64,000 nt of DNA from Iphione sp. A-MEVVRFRX5 (taxonomy: Eukaryota): positions 55,924,001-55,988,000 of the forward strand of contig OZ320318.1 in the NCBI GenBank assembly GCA_976226885.1, given 5' to 3'. The notes under the pieces were generated by a model, which was given only the letters and a program-made list of their open reading frames with translations, was not told the origin of the DNA and ran no database searches. The position numbers and the translations under genes were made by a program. Positions 35,169 to 47,400 of the stretch are shown here, in pieces; the first letter of the stretch is position 1, and every line of letters starts with the position of its first letter.

Positions 35169-36807
35169 TTATAGAACAACAGACTTACACAACAATACAT
35201 CATAGACTACTGTTAAACATCCCCAGCACTACCGTATTTATCATCATTGGATCATCATCAATCACTCTGACAGCCAGTTACACGAAATAGAAATAAATTT
35301 TTATAAGTCTGTTTTAGGCTAGACACAATGGGTCCTTAGCCTCAAATCAGCGACGTCATGCAATCTTAGGTTCTGTGATGACAAGCATGTAGGTGACCAG
35401 AAGCGCTGACCCGTAAGATGAGACACGAGCCATTGCCAGTTTATAAGATGTGATTCCTTTCTGAGTGATGCGGCCTATACTGTACTTATTGTCTTTATAT
35501 TGCGAAGGAATATCTCAAGATGGTTAGTGTACTATTCATTTAGAAACAGCCTATCGTGTATAACATGTCAACATCAAGGTCTGGGCAATAAACTTACCAT
35601 ATGATTTGGTTTCATGTGACAAATCCGTTCACTTTTCTGGATATATTCTTTTGGATGTCCTGTATTGGGATTATTAGGTCTGGTGTTATAGGCATCTTTA
35701 ATGAGCACGAGTAGCAGTTACTAGTTACAAATGTCGGATTAAGTTCTTATCGACCATCGAGTCTCCTCTCGTTTCAGTAACCTTAACGGAGAGAATGAGA
35801 GTTAAAGTCGCCTGTGATTGAGGGTATGAATGTCTGTGGAAATCAGGATATCAGAAGAGATAAGTGATATCTATTTCTGCCTTTGATGCAAGTAGCTTTA
35901 GGGTGAGATATTCTGAATTTGATTCTTCTGATCTATTGGTCTCCACTGACGGCATGCTGTTCTTCATGAGCTTTACAATACCGTGTTGGTATTGATTTTT
36001 CCAGCTGTAAATGCACATTCGGGACAACACATATATCTTTGTCCCATACACGATAACTAAACTCTAAATTCTAATTCAATAATTTTGCAGGTTGAAAGTA
36101 TATCTGTATGCCGCATACGGAAAAATAGGGTTTTACATTAACAACACATAATACTTTGATATCAAATATGCTCCATTCATGATTACTGAAATTAAGTACG
36201 TTTGGAATTAATAGGAAGAACGGTACCTTGTCCCAACTTTGGACCTCCCTAAGTAGTTGGTTTCTATGCCTAATGCTGTAATAACCCCTCCATCAACCCA
36301 CAGCGAATCTGATCTTTTGACTGTCGAGACTTGTTGGTGAACATCAGGTTGGTGGAACATCAGGGTTAAAAATCGAGTGAAGTAAACTTTGATTTCTTTC
36401 TCCATAATAAATATATATATAATTAGTCATCCCTGCTGCCGTCATCCGCCTGTTACATTTGAACTCCAGACATCTGAGTTTCGCCAGTTTTCTAGTATTT
36501 GTCAGCGTTGCAAAGACCCCCTCGAATTCATGTATTACATGTACATCTTTGAACTAAATGCGTCCGAATCCTCGTCGAAATTCATGGTGCCTCGAGCTAA
36601 TTACTACAAATGACAGGTGAGGCTTAGCTGTAAAATGTAATTGAATAAAGTGTTACAAATGTCCATGCAAATCCAGGACCATGCATGATTTAGATCCCAA
36701 ATGTACACTCCAGTTGATTCTATTCGTGTTATTCACTGCACCCGCTGTGGCGTGCATACTATGAAATGAGATTATCCATGCTGCAACACCTTTGAACATA
36801 CTTGCAG

Positions 36808-37559
36808 CCCAGCAGCACAGAACGTTTTAAAAACGTTTTTATAACGTTTTTATTTGTTTATAATGTTTGCAACCGTTTTACAACATTTTTAAAACGTTTT
36901 TATCAGGTTACAACGTTTGCAACCATTTTACAACATTTAAGGAACGTTTTTATTTGGTTATAGCGTTTGCAACCATTTTAGAAAATATCACTCGCTGATG
37001 TCCTCACACCTCTCCAGGGGTTATCCTCGTCCTTGGCCGTCCTCCTGTCACTCTTAGACATCCCACACCGTCAGCAGTGTCACCCTTGAGTTGTCACCCT
37101 TGAGTGTCACCCTGGAATTGCATTGACATTCAGACTTGGCCGTCCTCCTGTAACCCTAAGATGTCCCGACACCTCTCCAGGTGCTAACCCCGTCCTTGGC
37201 TGTCCGCTTGTCACTCTCAGACATCCCACACCTCCACCAGTGTCATTTGCAGCCGTGACCCTCCTCCTGTCGCCCTCAGATGTCCCCACACCTTTACCCA
37301 TGTCACCTTCAGCCTTCAAGTAACGAGATGCTTGCATTCATGTACAGCCCTTGTGGTCAAGTGGGCAGGAGTGCACGCCTAGACAGGGGGAATGAATGGG
37401 GAACATGTGTTCAAAACCTCCCCAAACCAGTTGAACAACTTTTTCAGAAATGTTATAAAAATGTTTTTAGAAAATGTTCTATAAACCTTTTCCAATTAGG
37501 TTAGGAAAACATTATGCAAACATTTACAACGTTTTTACGACGTTTCTGTATTGGCTGGC
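36808..37559. mobile_element. CCC-ended (CMC/EnSpm-like) MITE, 2-bp TSD AG, with GC-rich internal repeats
   Basis: ag|cccagcagcacagaacgtttt ... gacgtttctgtattggctggc|ag; subterminal aacgtttt arrays at both ends. Confidence 0.75.
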
Positions 37560-38279
37560 AGCTTCCATTATTTGTTAAGAGTCACATTTAATTATCACAT
37601 CCATGACATGCATTAGTTTATATATATCATAGACGCCCTGTATATGTACATATATATAAACAAGGTATAACATTTCACTGGCTATTCCCATAGTGACCCT
37701 AGACAACAACCACTGGACCTTGATAATGTATTCGCTTCATAACGCCTTCATGGATTAACGTCGTTCAACTTAAAAGTTTTTCATATGTTGATACTCTGTA
37801 ATAAAGAAAGACCTCGGTTTCACCCCACTCTGTGTTATTGTGGTATTTCTTCCTCCCACATGCGACTTCATTTATAATATATATGAATATATAGAGGGTA
37901 AGTACCTTGACTTGTCCTCCTTTTTAGCGAATTTTCCATGCACAATATTCATGTTGATAGTACAGTCTCCTACATAATAGTCAGTATTATCGAATGAACC
38001 GAATAGGAAAACAGTCCATGCATCGAACAAAATGCAAATATCAAATAACATCCAAGCAAAATGGCCGCCAATCTCTCCTCGCAATAATGGCACCATAATA
38101 ATTCACTGTCATGAGAAATTCTGAAGATAAAGTACAATTTTCTTCAATACAAATTTATACACAATTGAAAAACATGTTCCTGGACCATTTGGCACGCCTT
38201 CCATGTGACGTCAACAATCATATGCAGCGCCGTGTGGGTAGTAGCAGAACTAAAGGCTTCCCACCATTTAGGGGTTAAT

Positions 38280-39700
38280 TACTTTGCTGAACTTGGTAGA
38301 TATTACTGACAGCCAGTGCCAAATCTATTGGGTAAGATCTCCTTCAGTATGCAACCAGTGTGCCAGCACACCCTGGATATGTATTTACCCGGGATACCTC
38401 GAAGCAGACATAATATGGAAGGTAGGAATATTATAGGGTACAGCGGCAAAGCAAAGTGTTGCCAGAAGTTGTATGAGGCTGATTTAGATTTTTACGCCAT
38501 AGTAAGTTGAAGTAGCCACAAATCCACTGCTGTTCGGGCTTATAAGCACCCACCTCATAAACTTGGATAGAAAATTTCAGCTGACCGGCAGCTGCATGAG
38601 CCCGACCTACAAGCAACTAAACGATGAATCCAGCCCATACCATCAGTTAGCTGCTAGGAAAAGAAATCTTGCCCATTCCCCAAGTGATATTAATGCAAAA
38701 ATAACCCGCAACCAAACTCCAGGAGTAACAGGCAATATTTAACCTGGGGCTCAACAAGGACAAAACTGATCCATAGCATGGTGTCGAGAAGGAGGCGGAC
38801 AGTTGGTCCAGACCTGCACAAGCCAACAAAGCCAGCAATCATTGTTGTGTTATGAGGTATCCCAATCGATCATCATCTAGCAAGGCCAGTATGCCCCATA
38901 AAAGAAACACTTCTTTAACATTGTGTTACCACTGAGCTATCAACTTAGAGCAGAAAACAATACATAATTAATTAACAATATGGAAAAAAACACATTATGT
39001 CTCAGGGTAATACACTTCTGAGCATATGGATCTCAAATGCAAGCAGGCAGCTCTGAGGTGCACTGCAGCCAACACAGATTTCTACCCCAAGAAACAACCA
39101 CAAAGAAGTAGATGTAACCCAATCACATGAGAGAGAAGTACTCAGAGGTCAAGTTGGAACACAGGGAGAGACGAGGGTTTTAATATTTAAAACGCTGAAT
39201 TATAACCCCCAACCAGACTTTCCTTGATGGATGAGATCCTCTTTAGGGAGGTGATTATGTTGAGAGCAACCATACAAATATTCGTTTTAAAGAATGTCAG
39301 AGACAGCAGTGTTAGGTAAAAGTAGACCCATGGTCGAAGGGTAGTGGGTATGGTTGGTAGAGTGGAGCCACAAGAGGTAACCTAAGGAGACGTGGCCGTG
39401 TTCCGAGCGCGTCTACGAACATATATAGCTGGTCTACGCGGTCCCCTCAGCAACCTCCCCCATCTCACCTTGATTATAGTTTAGCAGTGACTGGTAACCT
39501 GAGACATGAGGACATCCTAATAAGACCATTCTTGACTTCTCTAGGGCTTGCCGATCCCACATTCCCCACAAAAGCTGTCTAGACACGGTGACGTCGATAA
39601 ACCCAACATTATAATCTTAGGCTATTACTTTTGCATGAACTCTCTACAAGAGTGAGAGGAAAGTCATGCCCTGCAGCTATTTTAATCCTTTAGTATAATG
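38280..39700 (-). mobile_element. Highly decayed LINE RT relic
   Basis: Remnants in order: VGFIDV (cf. FLDF), GEVAEGT..MFVDAL (cf. GVPQGS..INDL), LVEPQVKYC (cf. RPxLEYC); boundaries approximate. Confidence 0.35.
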
Positions 39701-42322
39701 CCGCCGCCCCTAACGTCAATCCGCCCATTGGCTTTAGAGCCCTTCTCTGTAGTAGTCGCTCTACACTTCAAATCAGTTCATGGGGGAAATTCATGTATTT
39801 AACGTGGGTGTAAATCTGTCTTGAACCCTCAATACATTGGTGATTAAGTCCACACACAAGACGGTTCAGTCTCTAGAAAATGTGCTCCAGTCAAGCAGGT
39901 TGAACACGAAGTGCAAAATATTTGTAAAGAGAGGAATGGGCAGGATTTCAGGTGATTCAAGCTTATTTTGTCTAACATATAATGGTGACTCTTAGGAGTG
40001 GCCTCCGCAACAAATTGGTATTCACTAAGGTCAGTCACGTACGTTTTCAAGCTGGACTACAAGTTATATGCCTTGGCAGAAATATTGTAAGTGTAATATT
40101 ATCATGTCACTGAATAAAAAGAAATATAGCAGAACGGTGTTGACGCAAAATAGGATTTAATATGGTTATTGTCAAGCAACGTTACGAAGGACTGTCAGTT
40201 TAATTGATTTGTTGCTTTAGTTCCACCTTGTTGAAAACAGGAATCAGATAAAGGGTCGCTGCTTCCCTCCCACGTGCACACAGAGCACTTTCAATAAAAT
40301 GGTCTGTATTTTTTTTACCTTCGGGCCATAAATACGTCCTCTTGGTCCGTTTAACCGAAGCATAATCTACCCTGCCCCCATTTGAAGATTTTGCCCTGGT
40401 TTGTGGCTACTTTGGATCTTTCAGTCAGTAGCCTGCCATTTAGAGAATAAGGTATAAGTGCACTTCTATTGTGGTGCCTGGAGTGTGGAATGCGAGGTGC
40501 AAATTATACAGAATTTGCTGTTCTTTAGCGACAATTGTACACACAAAAAATGTAATTTTGCCGTTTTGTGCAGATGTCCCTGAAAACAAGCGGATTCTGC
40601 AAAAATTGCGTCCTTGTTGCGAAAATGACTAGAAAACCCTGAGCCTGGCCCTAATGCGAATGCCTGATTTAAATGTCACTGCTTTGCACCAGGAACAGTC
40701 CCTGTGGATGGATCCGTGCGCGCGGGAAACGTAATAAAAACTGCTCGTGAATGAACATCGTGTGTAGCAAAAATCATTCCAGACTCTGCTATAGATGTGT
40801 CATGTAAATATTTTAAGGGAATCGTGTGAATGGTTCACTTGTAGCAAGTAAATTACTCAGTCGAGTAGGACCACAAAAGGTCTATATGAGTAAAACGTAG
40901 TTACAGCTGTGTAGCGTACACCAGCCCGGGATAGTTTGCCAAGCAATCGTTGAAATCAAGTATATTAGTAAATTATTGCTTTTTCACACGAAATGTAGAG
41001 TAGATGATCACCTTCACACCGTGCTCTTTAAAATCAATAAGACTTCAATAAATCGATTTACATGTCTTTCCTTTATATTTGCTGATATCGATGAAATATA
41101 AATTTAAATATAAGTTTAAAGTATTTGTGATGTCTTCACATAGATATCATGCTCACCTCCAAGGGATGGTTACTTAAGTGCCACTCTAGATATCCTCTGC
41201 TGTCTGTACGAGTCTAAGGGTGGCGCCTCTAAAGGGCTAAAGGCCAGACTAATCTTCAGTAACTGTATTTTGGTGTACAAAAATTGTCCTTTTGACATTA
41301 TATTATGGAGACATAGAAGGATAGAAACAGGTCCGCAAAATGATAACTTCATTTCGACGTTGAAGATTAATAATTTATGTATTGAAACTACTTTTTCAAT
41401 TTTCTAAATATTGTCAGTTCCCGCTCAGGGCCCTCATATAGCCAACCTTTTTCACCGTAGTGGTTCTAGCCGAGATAACATCTGTCACTGTCTGTGAAAT
41501 CTCGCTGGTTTAGAGAGCGTGTTTCAATACTGTACCTTTTTATTGACATGCCAAAGCTCCTGGGAAAATGGCCTAAAAGTAAAGTTTTGTATTACTCCTG
41601 TCACAATGAAAAGATGCGCCGAATGGGCAATGCAATTACCCTTGAAGTGTATGGTGGTGGTGACATGAATTTTATTGCCTATTGCAGAATACCTCGATAA
41701 TCTGAACCACACCTCGTTGGTATGAGGCATTAAGGTGTGGAAAGTCAAACTTTATGACGTTTACAACGGTTAGAACTATTCTGAGTCAACCTGTATTAGA
41801 ATCTGGCATCTAACGAGACCGTAAGTTGTCATAAAATATCTTTATTATGCTCGGTAAATCCTAAATACAAAAATAGATCATCGGTTGAGAAGATGAACGC
41901 ATTGTCAATTCCACTATGGGGAAGACACGCTGCGTTGTCATTTGGTGGAAATGATTTTTCACATTTTTAACATTTCTTGTCCCGGTTTAGAAAAATCTTC
42001 ATGAACATAGGGTCATGCACGTACAAAGAGCTTCAGAGGCTCACCCACTGTCTCTTCTCTAAACTTTCATTTACAACTGTGTATGTACATGATAAATGCA
42101 GGTCAACGGACAAACTTGCCGTTTGAATTCATTAAAGATAAAAGAGACTACTGCTGTCTGAACTAATTGATATTCTTTCAAATCGTATTCAATGTATCAT
42201 CAATGACGTGAGCACCAACTTGATTTATAAACTTTCAATCAAGAAGCTAATCTTTTCTCAGCTTTTGCCCTCAGGCTAGTAACTAGGCCTATGAGGCTAA
42301 GGTTTATTTTCAGCCCAGGCAG

Positions 42323-42536
42323 ATCTAGGGAGTTCCTTTTAAGATAAAAGGAAGTATTCAACGGCCCTTCCTTTTTCAACCCGTTCATAAATTGTAGGTA
42401 GAGAAATATTCACCGGGCGCGTTTTGTAATCTTTGTGGTAATGACAACTAGGGATAAGGTTTTAATCAAGCAACTTTACACTGCTGCAAAGGCAAACTAC
42501 ATGGGTTAGTTCGTTCGCAACCAAAACTCCCTAGAT
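42323..42536. mobile_element. ~214-bp element with 12-bp perfect terminal inverted repeat
   Basis: atctagggagtt (42323) ... aactccctagat (42536). Confidence 0.6.
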
Positions 42537-43980
42537 ATCAGACCATGGACGTTCGATGAGACAGCCTCCCCTTTTAAAACTTATAAACTGATTTCCTTGA
42601 GACAATCCAGGGTTGATTAAACTGACTCTATATGCATAAACGTCAACTTTGTCAAATAAAAATAAGTAAATCTTTGGTTCAGCTTATAAAACAGTCTGTA
42701 CATTTCGTATAATTCCTGTAGTTGACTTCAGTTGATCCAATAGAAATACAGCGTTGAACACAATCGATACAGCGATTCGCTGAATCTATGTAGTCTTTCT
42801 TTGGTTAGTTGTTATATGGAAACGTACCGCTATCGAAGCGTCTTCTGGGATAAGGCACCCTAACCTGCCTTATATATAGCATCACTAAAACCTTTTTTAG
42901 CTTACGGAAGTTATATGTCCTTTACTAGAAAGTTTGTTGCTGCTGTATATACAACTTAACTCGATAAAAGGTCCAGGCCTGAAATGGCTTATATACATCA
43001 GAGAAGCAGAATGTATGTTTATGTGTGTAGAAGCATGTGTCTGTATATAGAGCACACCTCCTTACGGTTCAATGGGTTCGACAGAATTTTTTATTTTTCT
43101 TTTGTGATTGTATTCCTGTTTATGGAGTGTTCCTTTTCGGGCTGTATGAAAATTCTATTTCTCGTTAATATTTATAGTCTTCAATCAGCAAGAAAGGTGT
43201 GTGGGCTACCTAATTCTCCGGGCAAACATCCTGTCCTAAATTCCATGCTCCAAATTATTCAAGTAAAGAGGCCGTTTTATAGAGTGATGCTGAATAGCTT
43301 TAAATATTGAGTATAGAACAATACATGTATTCAGTTTCTATGTATAGGTCCATAAAGTTCTATGACACATGATGCATGAAGATGCTTAACAAACGGTGTG
43401 CCAATTCATGTACTGATCTTTTTAAGTTAAAAATAGAATGTTATATTTTGTACGTGTTTAGTTATGCTTTTCAGATCGAAATTTGATGCAAGTAACGGTT
43501 TTAACCGGATGACCTACCTTAATTTAGGACTGTGCTCTTACATAGACCTCTTCCACCATATCATACAGGCATCTTGCCCCACCTGGATACCCATAACATA
43601 TGACCACATGTTTAAATATTGGATAAAATTGAGCATGCTCATCGTCAAATTGGGTCCTCGAATCCGCAGAGTAGGTGAGAACAGTGCCAAAAACAATTTA
43701 AAAACACAAAATGGCAATCCGTTTTAAAGATTAGCAAGAAAACGCCTTCTTTCCCCGGTAGGGCATCTTAGACAACGGTACTCTTTGCGTGTGCATGCCT
43801 GTAGATATGTTATGCGTATGTGGCTGCATATGTTCATGAACGTATATAAGCCTATGCTTTTGTGTATTATTAGCCCTGGCACATTGGACCATTTATTTCA
43901 CGCCTGTCTACGACGGAAGCCACTGTTTATATGTTGCTTTCCTGGACGCCGTAATAAAAGCCGTCCGGGCCCCTCTGACG

Positions 43981-44469
43981 TCATAAGTTCGTTTCGTCCA
44001 GCTTGCGGCGGATGGGCAGTTCACGCTCGCGGTTGTAGTTGTAGTTGGAGGCGTTGTTGTTGTTGACAGCCACCGGTGCGGCCTGGTAATCGACGGTACT
44101 GCCGGCCTCCTCCGATACTGACCCGTTAGGTACCCCTCCGCCGCCGCTGCCGCCGCCGCCGCCGCTGCCGCCACCGCCGGGGATCACTTTGGTGATCGCC
44201 GGCAGCACCCGCACCTCCGACCCGGCGTCGTTGAAGACGCCATCGTTCTCGCTGTCGCTATCCATGTTGGCCAGGCGCTGCTCGACGCCGATCAAACGCG
44301 ACACGATATTGAACGGCATAAGATCCTTCCGGGTGATGATACCGACGACGCGGTTGCGGCTGTCGACAACCATGAGATGCCTTAAGCCCATTGTGCGGAA
44401 GACGGAGTAGGTGCGCGTGAGGGAATGATTTTCGTCCACCTTGGGAGCTGACAGGTTCACGTAGTTATT
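43981..44469 (-). CDS. CLC last exon: CBS2 + low-complexity tail ending DETNL*
   Basis: gtcaacag|AAT AAC TAC; within ORF 43981..44526; stop TGA. Confidence 0.92.
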   Translation of the reverse strand, partial: NNYVNLSAPKVDENHSLTRTYSVFRTMGLRHLMVVDSRNRVVGIITRKDLMPFNIVSRLIGVEQRLANMDSDSENDGVFNDAGSEVRVLPAITKVIPGGGGSGGGGGSGGGGVPNGSVSEEAGSTVDYQAAPVAVNNNNASNYNYNRERELPIRRKLDETNL

Positions 44470-47400
44470 CTGTTGACGTACAAAGGAATTGTTTATAGGT
44501 GGGGGGGGATTGTGCTGCTCCAACAATTATAGATCATAAACAAGATCTATAAACCAACTTGGACAAATCCTACATGTATTTGTATGTATATTTAGAATAA
44601 ACGTTCATTATGGTGCTGTCAAATGAAAATGAAAAAAGTACTTCAGTCATAAGAAACAACCGTCACATCTTCGGGACAAATTATGGAAAACCACAGCGAC
44701 AGGAACGGTACCAATTATGAACTGCGTAATTTTAGTATTAAGAATTATACTGTTGCAAAGATACAACATACCAAGTCGACAAATATGCTCTGGTACTGGG
44801 GGAATTTAGCATACATTCGAACCCTCTCCAGCACAGCACTGGAATCAGCGATGTAGTCCACAGATATCTATATGAAGACGAAACAACTCAGGTTCTTGAA
44901 AACCACATAGAAGTTGTGACAATGATTCTCAATAAAAATATCAAATCAAAATCAAGTTAAATAAATTGAACGCATTTATCTAGTCAACGGCGCAAAACAT
45001 TTCTACTTGAAGGCATTTCAAATGTAAGTCGCCATAAAAAATACTTTTCGAGACGGCCGATTGGATCCATCTAACTTGTCTAACAGTTGTTAGAAGGTGT
45101 TTGTAAACATAACTTTGTTGTAGGATTTATATTGTTCTACATAATTAGGATACATATATACTCTACTTCAAAGAACCCATCAGAAACTATGTAATTCTGA
45201 GCGTTAAAGGCAGTGTCAGACTCACCTCTCTGTACCCTATATTGGGTCGGATCACAGTTCCAATTTTGTCTACATTATAAACATCGTCACTGTACAGAAT
45301 CACATAGAGCTCTGTCCTACACTCGTGAGCAGGTGCAAATCAAACATCAAAACCAAAATTAAAACAAAATAAACCAAATAAAGCATGCATGCATGGATGG
45401 AACAATGGGACTACAGACAAGTCACGGAGGGAACAATTACGCTGCCGCTAAACGCTGCTTCCCATGCGCATAACATCCTTTTATGTTCATTTTTATTTCG
45501 AAGCACTGACGACCGAGGGGACAGGCAGAAAGTTCAACATGGATATCTAGCGGGGCAGGAAGCCATAAGCTGTATTTTTGAGTGGGAAAATCTCAAAGTA
45601 GGTTTTATTCCTTCAGTATATTTCTTATGTATCGGTGTAGCATGTATGGCCCTGAAGCATCGTGAATTGTCTCTCTGTCTCATCATGCTCATGTATACCT
45701 ATGTATCATGTTCATTGTTTACACCTCCAAAATTAGTCATCGTTCCCATACGAAACTTGCATGTCCTATTCCTAAAAAATTATGCTACATGGAGACACAG
45801 CATGCTACATGCTATACATGTGCATAAGTACATTTGTACAATCCTGCTGTTATTCTTATTACCCAAAGTCCATAGTGAACCATGCATGAACATACAACAC
45901 AGAGACACAGGTTCGAGGAAATTGGGCCTAACTCTTTAGAATTGCTTCAACTCATATGATGCATGCAATCTTTGACTGGAGAATTTCTGCAAAATGTATA
46001 CATATATATGTGTGTGGTAATATGCAAATCAAAGGCCTGCTGTTTCATTATAGAATTTGAACTAAACGAAACATTGATTTTGTCCTTTTGGTATAATTTC
46101 CCAAGCTGCGGTAGAGATGTCATAGTTGATTTATATTTAAAAATATTTCTATATTTAAATCATGCAAACCCGTGATTGTTGAAAAAAGGAAAGAGGCACA
46201 CGCAGTTTTCCATTTTGGCAGCGCAAACGGCGCACCACAAAATGACAAATTAATTCGCGTGCCCATTTGGGATTTGAAAGAACGCAAATAGAAAAGAAAC
46301 CAACAAAACCTTGTCAGCAGTCCGATCGCCAGTTCTATGCGTGTCTCGTCATCGTACTTGACAACAGGAAATCCACCGTGCTCGGTCTCAAGCAGCATAC
46401 GGGCCAGGTTTGTCACTGATTCGACGGCTTGAATTGTGCGCACCGGAGAGTTCATAACGTCCATTGCTGAATACATTTCAAGGTTCTTCCTGAAAGGTAG
46501 ATTTAAGAATGCTACCATCTCGATGTAAACTCTGCCTCCACGAGAATAGCAAGTCATGACAATTGATTAGGGAGGGTTTTCATGTATGCATGTGTCTGTG
46601 GCAGTCCGTGCATGTTTCAGTGCGTATTTTTCGGGAACAATGCTCTACAGGAGCAGTGTACCCATGCACACATGTCTGTGCATGTGTGTAACATGTCAGC
46701 ATTGTGCGTGTTTCTAAAATGAAAAATGTTAAATTTTCCACAGTTCACAGTACTTGTTAGCGCATGTTTGTGGCGTATATTTTGGGAAAACTTGTTATCA
46801 CAGACACGTAACCATGGAAACACAGCAAATTCATGCACCACGGCATGTATACAGTAGTTATTGGATTAGTGAAAATATGCCATTACACACTCCTGCATGG
46901 ACTGATACACCAAGATGTATGCATGGAAACCCTGCCTTAGCCATTGAATGTGGTTCACGGTCGTGCTAGGAATACATTTTCCTATAATGAACTTTTGTGT
47001 AGATTGGATATGTGATCATATTACATGTGTACACTTTTATTCTTTTTCACGACATACGGTTTTGCACCTTTCTTATTAAGCCTGATATTACAAGATCCCT
47101 AAAACATGTCACAGTGCCCAATGAAGTGTACAACGTGATCTTTCCAACACAAAATATATAATGAGAACGAATCCTAAATCTATGGGGTGCAATCTTTTAA
47201 ATAAACATTCAGCACCTTTATGGTGGAATTTCAGCTCAATCTTGAAATAATGGGTACACAACGGCGTCTCAGTTGCAGAAGATAATTAGTACCAAAGAAT
47301 CCTACTTCTACTCTACCACAACAAGAAACACTCGGTTCAGAGGATATGATAAGGAAGATCAGTGTTTTCTTTATTACCAGGAACTGAGCTACAGTGGAAA

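Noticed and set aside
36208-36405. Minus-strand ORF with WVDGG (patatin-like DGG motif)
   Set aside because: Isolated; no neighbouring in-phase exons or other patatin motifs found between the two genes.
43785-44410. Poly-Ala ORF 43908..44174 and antisense ORFs over the last CLC exon
   Set aside because: Alternative-frame or antisense readings of the GC-rich Gly tract; likewise ORFs 20517.., 20759.., 20991.., 51985.., 60152.. shadow real exons.
45385-45939. 184-aa plus-strand ORF in a CLC intron
   Set aside because: No motif; overlaps CATG-rich repeat sequence ending in a Harbinger-like terminus (ggaaattgggcc|taa).
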